Position numbers and translations under genes: made by a program
Shown here: positions 11,437 through 23,930 of the stretch, piece by piece
Position numbering within the stretch: the first letter of the stretch is position 1
Layout of the letters: each line of letters opens with the position of its first letter
Notes under the pieces: model-generated
Databases searched by the model: none
Told to the model about the DNA's origin: nothing
Seen by the model: the letters and a program-made list of their open reading frames with translations, nothing else
Assembly: GCF_020745735.1 (NCBI RefSeq)
Contig: NW_026867487.1
Coordinates: forward strand, 4,481,239 to 4,545,238
Length of the DNA stretch: 64,000 nucleotides
Direction: 5' to 3'
From: Hemiscyllium ocellatum
Lineage: Eukaryota

Positions 11437-12829
11437 AATTAGAGAAAGAAACAGAAAGAGAGAAAGAAATAGAGAGGGAGAAAGACAGAGAGAAAGAAAG
11501 AAATAAAGAAAGAAAGAAGTTTTAAATGCTAACTAAAAGTGGCAAATATCGGAAAAGAACCTGAAGATATCCCTTCTTGTTCCTTTCTTTTACGAAATAG
11601 TGACCTTGCGATATCATAATTCTCTTTAAGGCATTGACAGAAACAACAAACTTTTTATTTCTGGTTCTGGAGAGCAAGGGCTGCGATGTACCAATCTGAA
11701 ATAAGCATTGCACAGTCTGCTTTACTGTTGAGTGAGGGCCTTTCAACATCTTCAACTTCTCTCCAAACTTTTTCTTGGCTATTGCATAAACGAAGACATT
11801 ATTGCAGGAACACAGAAACTGCAGCATGTTTTTTCTGTTTCTTGAACGATAGACTAAGTGTCATTGAAATCGAAGCTGGTGACATATCCATGACCTGTAA
11901 CCTGATTGTGCAGTAAGTACACAACATAGGAGGCCTGGAAGAGGAGAAAGATGATCAATGTCGTGAAGAGAAGAACAATGGAGTTCTTGCGATCAGCCAT
12001 CTCCTTATTTTCATCATTCTCAGAGCCCCAGAGCTTTTGGCGGGCTCTGCTGGCCAGTAAAATATGTCTTACAGTCAAGACATTGAACAAAGAAATGAGG
12101 AAGAAAGGGAGATGGGGACTAGGATGTGATCCAGCCAGTCATTTCCCTGCCAGATGAGCGAAGTGTCGAAACTGGATTTGATCACACAAAACCGCAGCAC
12201 CCTGTCCACAGTGCACAAATGTTTGAAGACGATGTAGAAAGGAACATTCTTGATGCATCTCAAGAAGCAGACCATTCCTATAACTAGCTATCAGTTTTCT
12301 CTGTGCAGTATCTGGTCTTGAGGCTTTGGCAGCAGATGGGCACAAAATGGCCAGTGGTAAAGACAACAGTCAGCCAGACCTAGCCATCCCTCATTACATT
12401 GGCCTGCACAAAGGTGTTGTGGAGAGTACACTGTTCGGAAAATAAATGCTTCCAATCCCGTTTAGGATGATAACATTGATGTTACTAAACACATCAGTTG
12501 TCCCTGTTGCCACGAGGTGGTAGGTGACGCACCAGGAGAGACCATAATAACACAGGCTTAGATTATGATCACCACAAAACTAGCTGCAAAGGGGCAGAAG
12601 GGATAGATGAAATATACACGATTCCAAATCCCAACTGCAGTTTCCTTTGCTTCATTTCAGAAGTCCCTTCAACTGTTACTTTCCCATCTATTCATTAACT
12701 GCTCTAAATCCATTGGTAATTGATGGTATCATATAGTGGATTATTCGTTTGTGAATACCTAATGAATTTCAATCAAAATCTCTTCACAATTATATTCTCC
12801 AGTGTGACGGGAGCCTACTTTCATATAAG

Positions 12830-13174
12830 CCCAACATATAGATCAGTCCGTTCTGCCAGCCAAGCTCACACCAACCTGAAAAACACTTCCCATCCACTCA
12901 CACCACACAAATCTATCCCTGTAACCCTGCGTTTCACATGATTAATACATTTCGGCTTCACATTACTGAGCACTATGGTCAATTTAGCATGGCTAATCTA
13001 CTCCTAATCTGCACATCGTTGATATGTGGTAGGAAAACGAGAGCTCAGAGTAAGCCATGCAAGCACGAGGAGAATGTGCAAACTCCACACAGACAGTCGG
13101 CCAAGAATGGGTTTGAACCTGGGCCGCTGGTGCTGCCAAGTAGCAGTGCTAAACATCGAGCCATCATGCTGCCT
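12830..13174 (-). mobile_element. HE1/V-SINE-like tRNA-derived SINE; paralog ~34050-34395
   Basis: Contains GGAGAATGTGCAAACTCCACACAGACAGTCG (reverse of the V-SINE core) and a tRNA-like head ending GCAGTGCTAAACATCGAGCCATCATGCTGCC. Confidence 0.8.
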
Positions 13175-13215
13175 TGAAGGGACACTTGTTCTGTGTCATT
13201 TCTCTTAGAGACTGG

Positions 13216-13391
13216 TGTTGTCACAATGTGCTAGAATGGCTGTTTCAGAACCAGTGGGTCAATAACTTGGAATTACTTGAGCATTTCTTTCTTGAATTAG
13301 ACGAAGGAAATATGAGTGGCTGAAGTCAGGCTCACGCAGACCTGCGATCTTAGTTTCGTTTTCAGTTGGGATTTGGAGTTGATTGATACAG

Positions 13392-13428
<37 letters not shown>

Positions 13429-13797
13429 GTGCTCACTTTATGCTGATAGATTCAGTATTACTTTCTCCTGGACCGGTGAGATCACGTGAGGGAATTGCAT
13501 TCTGCTGTTTTGCCTTTGCCTAGTTTGCACTTACTGTACACGACCGGTTGATGATACATGCTTAAATAATAATTTTTTAAAAATTTGTCCATCGAGTTAA
13601 AGCATGCCAATTCTCCCTTTCCTGTTTCACTCTTGCTGAGTAGTTAGAATAAAGTATGTTTGCTTAAAGCCTAGTGGCGAAGAAATTAAATTACATCTGG
13701 AACACAACGTCTTGCAGTTGCTTTTGTTTAAATAAAAAGTTAAGTGCTCGGCTATTTTCTTAAAATAATTTAAAGGTGTTTGGCACGGTCCACAGCA
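13216..13797 (+). mobile_element. Putative solo LTR (paralog 34437-35059) with internal (CT)n
   Basis: Begins TGTTGTCACA and ends CCACAGCA, with AATAAA at ~13648. The flanks CTGG/CTAG resemble a 4-bp target-site duplication with one mismatch. Confidence 0.55.
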
Positions 13798-14704
13798 CTA
13801 GTCACTGAGTCAATCCTCCACGCAGTCAGTTAACTGTCAACTGGAGCATTTCTTGACCAACTCCTTATTTATCCATCCATCCACTAACAGTTTGTCCGGA
13901 TCGTCTCGTTGTCTGACAACGTTTCAGTTTACAAAACTATTTACTCTTAGAATTGTCCAACTAGCTCCATAGTTTTGGCACCTATACAAAGCCCAGGGAT
14001 CAGAGTGAACATCCAGTTATGTCCCTCTGTATACCTCTGATACGAATCAGCGCTATTGTTTTGTGTTTTACTGTTTTCCACATTAACAATACCAATGATT
14101 CCAATGAACCTTAATGTCTTCATTTGTCCACAAGTCTTCACCACCTACTTTCTGATCTAACACATCGATCAAACTTTTGTTCATCTGCCTTGATATTTCC
14201 TCATTTCATCTGGTATCAAATAGTCTGACCATATACACTGTACAAGCTGAGGAAACGAATGCGATTTGCAGATTTGTAACTGCTAAGTAGGAATGAGCAA
14301 AAAATTGAATAGCTGGTAGACACCACATACCACTCAACATTAAGAACTACTGTCAGCAAATGTAAAATCCAAATGGAAAAGACCTATCATCACAGAGCAC
14401 ATTATATGAGCGATTTAAAATATTGCACCTTCGTTGAATTTATTCAAACGTTTCCGTTATTAATTCTGAAGATCACATTAACAATAAGGGCTGCTCAGTG
14501 TGATCTCGCTCTGCTGCAACAATTACATTCATCTTAATGTCTCACGCTAGATTTCTATTATCACTACATGTATTTTATACTCGAACACAGCTATTCTAAC
14601 AATAGTGCTAAATAATTCATTTTGCAACATAATTATAAAATCAGTGCTTCAAAATTCCACTTTACTACATTGTCATATGTCATGATGATAAGCATTACAA
14701 AAAC

Positions 14705-15101
14705 ACAAGAATATTTCAATAAGTTAGAGTAAAGCTGATTGATCAGTAACATGACAAATTGAGATTCAATATATTACAAAGCGTATTTCATCATAGTAAA
14801 AACGTGCAGAATGGTAAGTTTGTAACTTTTTTCATATTTCATGATGAAAGTGCAAAGGTTGCACTCTAATTCAGCAAATACTGCATAATGTGGCATTATC
14901 AATTTCATAATATTGTAACACACGTAAAGTTCATTATGCTCAGACACCTCTGATTATTCACAATATTCAGCCCATTCTGCAAGGGAAGATAGAAAATACC
15001 TGAAGGTTTAGAAAAGCTATATAACTTACTTGGGATCCATGACTTACCAGGCCCACCAAGGGCAATGAGAATTGGATAGGAAACAGCAAAGATTGGGCCA
15101 T
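14705..15101 (-). pseudogene. Heavily eroded V pseudogene family E (copies 35959-36354 and 48706-49102)
   Basis: 54-nt leader-like exon (15101-15048) with donor GTAAGT, 71-nt intron, acceptor TCTTCCCTTGCAG. A QYLL remnant and a terminal S-N-L-L-K-Y-S-C match the SDxxxYxC pattern 272 nt after the acceptor. Confidence 0.55.
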
Positions 15102-16657
15102 CTTTGGGGAAAAACAAGGAATTACTAATGCTTTATAATTTATCGCAGAGAACCTGTCAAATCCTCCTTTATTTATTCCGATTCAGATCCCCCAGAGGTA
15201 GAAATGAGTACCTTCGATGCAGTTCACTGAACAAACAGATTAACTCATGGGTTTATGACATCTGTTTGCAACTTCAAGGATGGCAATGATTCCATTATGG
15301 ACTTGTTTCGATTGGATAATTATTGCTACATGAGAGACCAGCCTACAGTGCATTCAAATATAAATCTTCTGAACAATCCACATTTAAGACAACTGATAAA
15401 CAATCAATATTTATCTCACCACATAATATCTTGAGGGAAGATAGTGAACTATCCTCCCTCTGTTGTGTGCTCTTAGAACTGTTCATGTGTTTGTGGATGA
15501 GGGAGTGAGACCTTCTGATTGTATTCGCTATTCAGTCTGCAATTCCACTTTATGGGACCCGGATGTTGTGATACTTTGGACCTCATATGCCGAGCAGGAA
15601 CAACAATTTGTATTATTAATCCACGCCAGTTCACTGTGCAATTACCAGGGGCAGCTTCAATAGTATTTTGTATCTCCATTGGCCTGAGGAATGAGAATGG
15701 AAGTTACTGGAGTAGTTCAGGAGGAATATGGAAAGTACAGCGGCACAGATAGTTTTCTGGTGTTCGTTGCTTTCCCATATTCGTCCTGAACTCGCAGACA
15801 GATACAATCAATGGACATGTGAACATGAATACTAAAAAACAGCCACTGCGGAGAAGACCAGAAATGACGCAAACCATCATAACAGACCAGCTCAGATAAA
15901 TATTGAGTGGTGTAGAATAATAACCCTTCATCGGAAGTTGCACTTCACGGTGTCACCCAGCAGGGTAATGAAATGTCTGCATACAAACCAACCAGCTCAG
16001 CCGGCAAAACAACAATCGCATCCACAACCCGAGCTACACACCTTCGCAAAATGATATAATCCTTCAAGTAAAGTTGAACGTTTCATCTTGAGTTCTGTCC
16101 TTGTCCCTTTAAGAAAGTTCTTCTTGACTCCCGCTGGAGCTACATTGTTTCTTATTATTGTTGTGATAATATCATCTTGTGCATTTTACCTGCAAGTTGA
16201 GAGTGAGTTTTGTTCAGAACCTTGTCATCTTTGAATTAGCGTCGGGCTCATGGCACTTAAAAAAATGATAGAGTCGGAGACGAGGGCCTTGTAGATCATT
16301 AACTGGGCAATCTTCGCAGTTTTATTAAATGTCACACAGAATAACTCATGAAAGTTACGATAAAAGCCAGAAGAACTGTGGAACATGGTCAAAGCTTATC
16401 TAATCTCAAAGGGAAACCCACTGATGTTGGAATCTGAAGTTGTTGTGGTGAGAACCGTGAATAACTGAAGTCACTAAGCTTCTCTCACAATGTTACCGCT
16501 CTTAATCCATAATTTGACTTAGAATGTCGTCACTATTTATCTTTTCCTTGCTATACTTCATTGAAAACAATTCATTGAGCATCCGTTAACTCATAGATTA
16601 TGTGTTTTATTGGATATACTTATTCTGATTTTTGATACTTTTTATATGTTTGTGCAG

Positions 16658-16749
16658 GAACGAGCACCCAAGATTCAGTTTCCACTTGAATAGACGGTTC
16701 AGGAAGGCCATACTACAACACTGAACTGTCGTGAACAACAGCAGCATTA
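16658..16749 (+). pseudogene. 5'-half V fragment, family B (FR1 to CDR1)
   Basis: Acceptor GTGCAG, then GAACGAGCACCCAAGATTCAGTTTCC...CAGGAAGGCCATACTACAACACTGAACTGTCG...GCAGCATTA, homologous to 39764-39864. Trp codon changed to TAG; homology ends in CDR1. Confidence 0.85.
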
Positions 16750-16983
16750 ATGCCTGAGGATGACGTTAATTTCTGAATTGCCTTTCCACCAGAAATCGTG
16801 AGAAGGATAAAACTGTCAGAAAAAAACAGCCCTTGCGATAGATAAAGAAGTAAGTTCGAACGAGATGGAACACCTGAAAATGTGAGACTGAACAAGGGAA
16901 TGAGAAAGATACAAAAATAACAAAATATGCAATTTGAACGAATATTGTCTTTTATCGTCAACTGCATCTGTTTCCCCTAAAGT

Positions 16984-16991
16984 TGACGTCA
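16984..16991. promoter_or_regulatory. Palindromic CRE TGACGTCA in the V-B promoter (paralog 39486-39493)
   Basis: Perfect CRE starting 147 nt upstream of the leader ATG in both copies. CRE-like motifs are an established feature of TCR V promoters. Confidence 0.65.
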
Positions 16992-17130
16992 CATTTGAAA
17001 ACACAACCAATCGCAGCAAAGGGAAGCTCGATTCAATTTCCCAAGGAGTGAGGTCATCTTCCGACGAAAGATTGAATATAAGAGTCAGCAGACCATTTAT
17101 TGGATGTTGTTTACGGTCGAAGCAGATATC

Positions 17131-17606
17131 ATGTGTTTACTGTATTTTTTATTGGTAATAATGGCCGTGTGGCCCGGTAAGTCACAGTAAAATTTGAGAT
17201 TGTATGTTTAATTGGATATACCTATTCAGGTTTTGAACATTTTTTATATGTATTTGTTGAAGGACCGGGATGCCAAGATTCAGTTTCACAGGATCCATCT
17301 GAATGGATCGTTCAGGAAGGCCATACTACAATACTAAACTGTCGTTACGCAGCAGCAGCAGCAGCATCATTTGGAGAAACTCTCTTTTAGTACATCCAGT
17401 ATCCTGGGGAAGCTCCGAGATATTTACGATAAGCAGCAAGGTGCCAGATCTATAGATTTCACTGACCGATTTTCTGCTAATTTGGACAAGGAGAAGAAAA
17501 CAGTTCATTTATATATCTCCCAGGCTCAAATCTCCAACTCTGCCATCTACTACTGTGCACTGAGCTCCACATTGAAACAGCGAAGCAGGCTGTGTGTGCA
17601 AAAACC
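17131..17606 (+). pseudogene. V pseudogene family B copy 1
   Basis: Leader MCLLYFLLVIMAVWPG (17131-17176), acceptor AAG, exon from 17263. The conserved Trp codon is TAG (17388-17390) and there is an 11-nt frameshifting deletion. Ends YYCALSS with RSS CACATTG-23-GCAAAAACC (17568-17606). Confidence 0.93.
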
Positions 17607-18654
17607 GGCAAGACAGCCTTACATCTCTTTCTGCATAAGATCACTGAGAAGAATTATGAACTGTTAGCATAATAAAAACAACTTTTTATGCTTGCCTTGC
17701 CCAACTATTTTCTTTATTCCCTATTGATTCCTCTACATTCTGTTTAAAGTCCTCTATATATTCCGTTAGTTTTTTTTATTATTACTTACAGTGAGCAGAT
17801 GTGTAAACGGCAGATTCTCGTACTACAATTGCAACGGGACTTATCATTCCTCATTTCCCAAAACAGATATTGATCCCGATAAAGAAGTCAAACTACTATT
17901 AATGCCCAGTTCATTATTCTTTTGTACATCAGCGCGGTGACGTTGTTCTGATGCTGACTTTTTTAATTCAGAGCAACGTCGATTGGTTTGTGCGATTATA
18001 CGAGAGTTGCGGATAATGAAGTAAGGGGGATACAGGATAAATCACCTTACAGAGTGGAGAAACAGGATTGACGTTTCAAATCAAGCCATCCAGCTTCTCC
18101 TCACTGTGATCTGTGGCTCACATTGTGTCTAAACAAAAGGAGTATGAGTTGATCTAGTCCCATCTAGTGACACTTCCATAAATTAACCAATCGGCATTGA
18201 CATTGGATATGACACATCTGAACTTCTGCTCAAATCTGCCATTAGTTGTGTGCAGAATCACTTCAGCTTCATCTCCCTCTGCTCAAGCCCACCATTAGTT
18301 CTGAGCAGCCTCAGACATGGTGATAGAAACGGGAGCAAATCTTGTGCAGAAGCAAATCCTCAACATGAGAGAGATTGTAGATAAACCTATATCGAGTAAC
18401 ATCACTTTAAAAATGGCCACCCGGAAAGAATGTCTCGGCATATCTCCTATTAATGCTGAAAAGAGGAGTGAAATTTCAAATTTCGTTTACTCCACAGTAA
18501 GTAAATGGCAGGAAAATAAACAGGGTGCAGTTATTTACAGTACATTTTAATAACTCATTTTGCTCATCGGCATCTTCGGCCAACAATGCTTGACACACAC
18601 TTCACCATCGCCCTCAGCCCACCCTAACCAAACCTCCTCACGTTGTTTAGATGC

Positions 18655-21600
18655 ATAATGCTTAAAATCTCAGAGTAAAATATAAATTGTTGGAAAAGCT
18701 CAGCACATCTAGCAGCATCTGTAGAGAGAAGTCAGAGTTAACGTTCCTGCTTGAGTGACATTTCCTCTTAACTGGTTGTAGCTCTGAAAATGCTGTTTGA
18801 TGTGTCGAAATTAGGGTGGTGATAGTGTGTGAGAAGGAAACGATAAGTGGTGATAATGGCCAAAGAGAAAGAAGAGCAATTCGACAGGCTGAGCAGATGA
18901 TAACGATCTGACTATGCGTGTGAAAATAGCGTTAATGGGGACTTTTAGTGGCTAACAATATATGTTGTATATTAATAACAAGAGAGCGGTGCTGGAAAAA
19001 GCAAGGCAGGTCAGGCAGCTTTGAAGGAGCAGTAAAATCGAGGTCTTGGGCATAAGCCATTCATCAGGAATAAAGCTTATGGGGCGGGGCACTGAGAGAT
19101 AGATGGGAGACGTGTGGAGCTGGGGGGGCAAGGTAGCTGGGAATGTGATAGTTAGATGAAGGTGAAGTGAAGGTGATAGATTGGAGAGGTGGGTGGAGTG
19201 GATAGGTGGGAAGGAAGAAAGACAGTTTAAGAGGGCGGTGCCGTGTTGGACACTTGGGACTGGGATAAAGTGGGGGAGGGTAAATGTGGAAACTGGTGAA
19301 ATCTACATTGATCCTGTGTGGTTGCAGGATCTAAGGTGGAAGATGAAGCATTCTTCCTCCAGGCGTCAGGTGGTTAGGCTTTGGAAATGGAGAAGGCCCA
19401 GGATCTGCATGGTCTTGGTGGAGCAGGAGAGGGTGTTGAAGTTTTCAGCCACGGGGCGTAGGAGTTGCTTGGTGCGGGTGTCCCAGAGATGTTCTCTGAA
19501 ACAATTTGCAGTTTGGCTTCCTGTCTTCCCAAAGTAAAGGCGACCATACTGGGTGCAACGGATACAGTGGATGACGTGTGTGGATGTGCAGGTAAGTTTC
19601 TGTCAAATGTAGAAAGATCCTTTGGAGACTTGAATGGAGTTTGGGAGGAGGTTTGGATGCAGGATTTGCACTTCTGCTCGTGGCAGAGGAGGTTGTGGTC
19701 TTTAAAGATGGAATCCATCTGGGATTTTTGTTTGGTGAAATGCAGAACCTTCAATCCCAACATCACAATCAACCCAGCAGACTAGTTATGGGGTGTTATG
19801 GGAGTTTGGAGCACCGACCTCACACTGCTGAAACCAGGTGCCAACTCGCAGACCCCACCTCTTACTGCCCCCTCTACCACGACCTCACCTCCCATTACCA
19901 AACTATCAACTCCCAGACCATTCACAAAATCATCACCTCTGAGTATCTCCCATCCACAGTCTCCAACCTCATTGTCTAAGAATACCATACTGTCCAATTC
20001 TACCTCTGACCCAAGATTCACAAACCTGGCTGCACCGGTCACCACATTGTGATAGCCTGCTCCAACCCCACTGAATTCATCTCTGCATAACTTGACACGG
20101 TCCTAAACCCTTAGTCCAAGAACATCCTATTTACATTCAGGACACCATCCACGCCCTTCATTGTCTCCAAGACCTTAGTTTCCCCGGCCTGAATATCGTA
20201 TCTTTGCCATGAATATTCAGTCCCTGTACACATCCGTCCGCCATGACAAAGTCTTCCAAGTCCTCTGTTCTCTTTTTCCTCTCACACCGACCAAACCAGT
20301 AACATATCACTGAAACTCTCATTGAGTTGGATTAAATGGTCCTGACACTCAACAATTTCTCATTCCACTTCCTCCAAACCATGGGATCCCGAATGGGACT
20401 CAGCTATACCTGCCTTTTCGTCGTATATATGGAACGGTCCATCTTTCACAACTACACTGGCACCATTCCATACCAGTTCCTCTGTTGTATTGATGACTGT
20501 ATTGGCACTACCTCTTGCTCCCATGAGGACATTGACTTCAACTTCTCAAGCACCTTCCACCCGATCTCAAATTCACCTTAACCATCTCAGATACATCTCT
20601 CCCCTTCCTGTACCTCTCCACCTCCATCTCCTGCGATCAACTATACATGGATATTTACTACAAACCCACGGACTCCCACACCTACCTGGAGTACACCTCC
20701 TCCCACCCTGCCTCCTGTTAGAACGTCATCTCTTGTTTCTAATTCCTTAGCCTCCACTTCCTCTGCTCGCAGGAGAATCAATTCTACCATAGAACATCCC
20801 AGATGGCCGCCTTCTTCAAAGACTGCAATGTCTGCTCTGACATAGTCGATGATGTCCTCTAGTGCATCTGCTTCACTTTCCACACTTTCACCCTTGGATG
20901 CATCTCTAATCACACTAAGGACAGAACACCCCTGGTCCTCACCTTCGACGCCAACAACGTCCTGGTACATTACATCAATCTCTGCCACGTCTGCCAACTG
21001 CAAACAAATCCGAGCACTAAAGGTATATTTTCCTGCTCACCCGCATGTGCGTTTTGGAGAGACCATTCCCTCCATGACTCCCTTGTCAGATCCACGCCTC
21101 ACACCAGCCCAACCATACTCCCAGCACCGTTCCCTGTCACAGAAAGAAGTGCAAAACCTGGGTACACATCCTCCAACTCACATCTGCCCAAATCCTTCCA
21201 CATTCGACAGAAATTTACCTGTACTTCCGCATATGTCATCTGCTGTATCTGTTGCACACGCTGTCGTCTCCTCAACATCAGGGAGATAAGCCACCAAAAC
21301 GTGGGTTGTTTCAGATAATATCTCCTGTACACCCGCACTAGCAAACACCATTATCCCTTGGCTGAAAACTTCAACTCCCCATCACAATCTCCAAGGACAT
21401 GCAGGTCCTTGGAGGAAGAATGCCTCACCGTCCACCATGGGACACTGCAACAACACAGGATCAATGCGGATTTCACCAGTTTCCCCATTTCCCCTCCCCA
21501 ACTTTATCCCATTCCCAAGCATCTAAATTGGCATCGCTCTGTAACCTGTCCATCTTCCATCCCACCTATCCACTCTACCCTCAACTCCAACCGACCACTT

Positions 21601-21800
21601 TTTCCACCATCGTCACCTACCTATCACATTGCCAGCTACCTCTCCCCTACACCGACACCACAGCCATTTATCTCTCAGCAGCACTCTACCCTCCCCCGGC
21701 CCACAACCCTCATTCATGATGAAGAGCTTATTCCCAAAATATCGAATATCCTGCTGCTTGAGTGCTGCCTGACCTACTGTGTTTCTCTAGCACCACACTG
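18655..21800. mobile_element. Composite Penelope-like element: minus-strand 3' ends and GIY-YIG arm (~18655-19760) plus plus-strand RT-GIY-YIG arm (~19790-21800), decayed
   Basis: RT motifs QTMGSRMGLSYTCLFVVYME...FLCCIDDCIG (20336-20581); GIY-YIG-like region near 21200-21300 and on the minus strand at 19500-19620. The same terminal sequence appears at both outer ends in opposite orientation. Confidence 0.85.
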
Positions 21801-22801
21801 GAGCTATAAATTAACAGACAATACAACGTTTGATTGTGAGACTTGGGATAAGGACTTGGGAGAGATCCAGCTCTAAAGAAATCAGTATTGCCTCCAGAAG
21901 GTTCACGTTATCCAACTGGAAAATGAGACTTATATTATTTTTCTAAGTTGCACTAAGCTTCACTAGAGTGTTGCAGTAAAACCTGAACCAAGGTATTGGA
22001 TCGGCAACTGCGTGGTGTGTTGCATGTTCAGGATCATTTCATTGCGAAGAGAATACAAGTGTTCTGCATAGCGGCCACACAGCCTGTTTCCCCAGTGTAG
22101 AGGAGACGACGTTGTGAGTAATGAATGCAGTAAACTAAATTGGATGAAGTGCAGGTAAAGCACTACTTCACCTGGAAGATATGTTTTGCCCCTTGGATAA
22201 TGAGGAGAGTGGAATTCAATGGAAAGGTGTTGCATCTTCTCTGACTGTAACCGAAGTTTTTGTGAGTCTGTGAGTGCTTTTGGGATTGAAGGAAGAGTTG
22301 TGCAGGGTGTCCCAGGCGGACTGGTCCATGCAGAAGGCTGACTAGGAGGAGGAGGGAAATGGATGTCTGGAAATCCCACGTAGAAAGTAGATCAGACCTC
22401 AACCCGTCTGCACCCTCACTCTGATCAGAGACAATGAATGAAAACAGAACTTCTCAATATAATTTCGAAATCGAATTTCTTTTATTCACACAGTTGTTTC
22501 GATCATTTAATGCCTAAAGTTTGCTTGAAATCACTCAGAGTTCAAATTGTTTCTCCATTCAGTTGGCGATCAAACTTCTCTTAGGTCAATTAAAAGCAAA
22601 CTTCCCACATTTGATCATCCTTTTCTGAGCATAAAAAGGAACCTGTGGTTATTGACATTATCAGTTCAAGGTCGTCCTATAGCACAACTTGCAGGAAGTG
22701 ACATAAAATTAAACGTAATCCAAGCTGACAGCGTTTTCTTCTTGGATGTTCTGCAAAGTTTTGAGGCACAAAATTTAACATCGAATTCCAAACCAGCAGC
22801 G

Positions 22802-23891
22802 ATGTTGCTGTCCGTTCTCTCTCTGACCTGCATTACCTCCATTGTTGGTAAGGACTTTAAAAAGAAGTTTAATTGGAGGTTTAATATTTTTGAGAAACAG
22901 AGTGCACGGATTTAAGGAATATTAGAGATACTTCAAAGCACGCTTCGTGCTTGCACGCAATTCTGGTCTCTGTCTTCCACAAAAAAATGAAGGGATACAA
23001 ACTGCCTGCGAAAAGTGATTTATACAGATGTTGCTGGAATTGAAAGTTGGACAGAAATCAACGTGTCGGCTTGCGTCCATTTCTCCCCTAATGGGAACAC
23101 TAAAGGGTATCTAAATTGATGTCTTTACAATGGTGAAAGGATCTTATGTTCGGGTCACGAAGCAACATAGTACAGTTGAGGAGGATTCCAGGTTTATACA
23201 TCGAAATACGCAAGGTTAAACGGCACAAAATTATCTAATGAGGATGTTAGGAGAAAAAGAATAACAGCGATTTATCTGGAGAACAGGTACAACAGGTTTT
23301 TATGAGCAGAAGGGGCAGTTAGAGTGACGAAAAAAGATGTACTTAAAAGGAAAGCAGATAAGCAGGAGAGGGAGAAAGCGATGGAGAGACACACTATTAA
23401 AATGAAAGGAGAAATAAGTGAGTATGCTTGCGGTTATTATGCACACAGCTATGAGGCCAACGACCCGAACGAGCTTCTTCTCCTCTGAATTCTATCTATT
23501 TTGAATATATCATGAATTTCTAAGTTCAGTTTACCTTAATCGAACGTTTATTCTTTGTTTTCTGCTTTCCCTAATCTTGTGTTCCAGATCTGAGCGATGC
23601 AGTTTCTGTTACTCAACGGTATCTTTCGTTAACGCAGACAGAGGGACAAGATGTCACGTTAAATTGCATCTACACTGAAGATGGTTATTACTTGTACTGG
23701 TACCGTCAGTACTCGGGCAGAGAGCCAGAGTTTGCAGTTCAGAGGCACACGGGCGGATTTGGTGAATTGGAGGCAGATTTCGCTCAGACCCGGTTTTCTG
23801 TTACCTTCCAGACGACAGAGAAGTTGTGCCAATTGACCATCTTGCAGCTTCTGCTGTCTGACACAGCCGTCTATTACTGTGCAATAAGCCT
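22802..23891 (+). CDS. TCR alpha/delta-type V segment, family A copy 2, intact: join(22802..22847,23588..23891)
   Basis: MLLSVLSLTCITSIVDLSDAVSVTQRYLSLTQTEGQDVTLNCIYTEDGYYLYWYRQYSGREPEFAVQRHTGGFGELEADFAQTRFSVTFQTTEKLCQLTILQLLLSDTAVYYCAIS; GT-AG intron of 740 nt. Confidence 0.92.
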
Positions 23892-23930
23892 CACAGTGAC
23901 AGAAAGGAGTGAAAGCCTTGTACAATAACA
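23892..23930 (+). other. 23-bp-spacer RSS
   Basis: CACAGTG + 23 nt + ACAATAACA. Confidence 0.93.
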
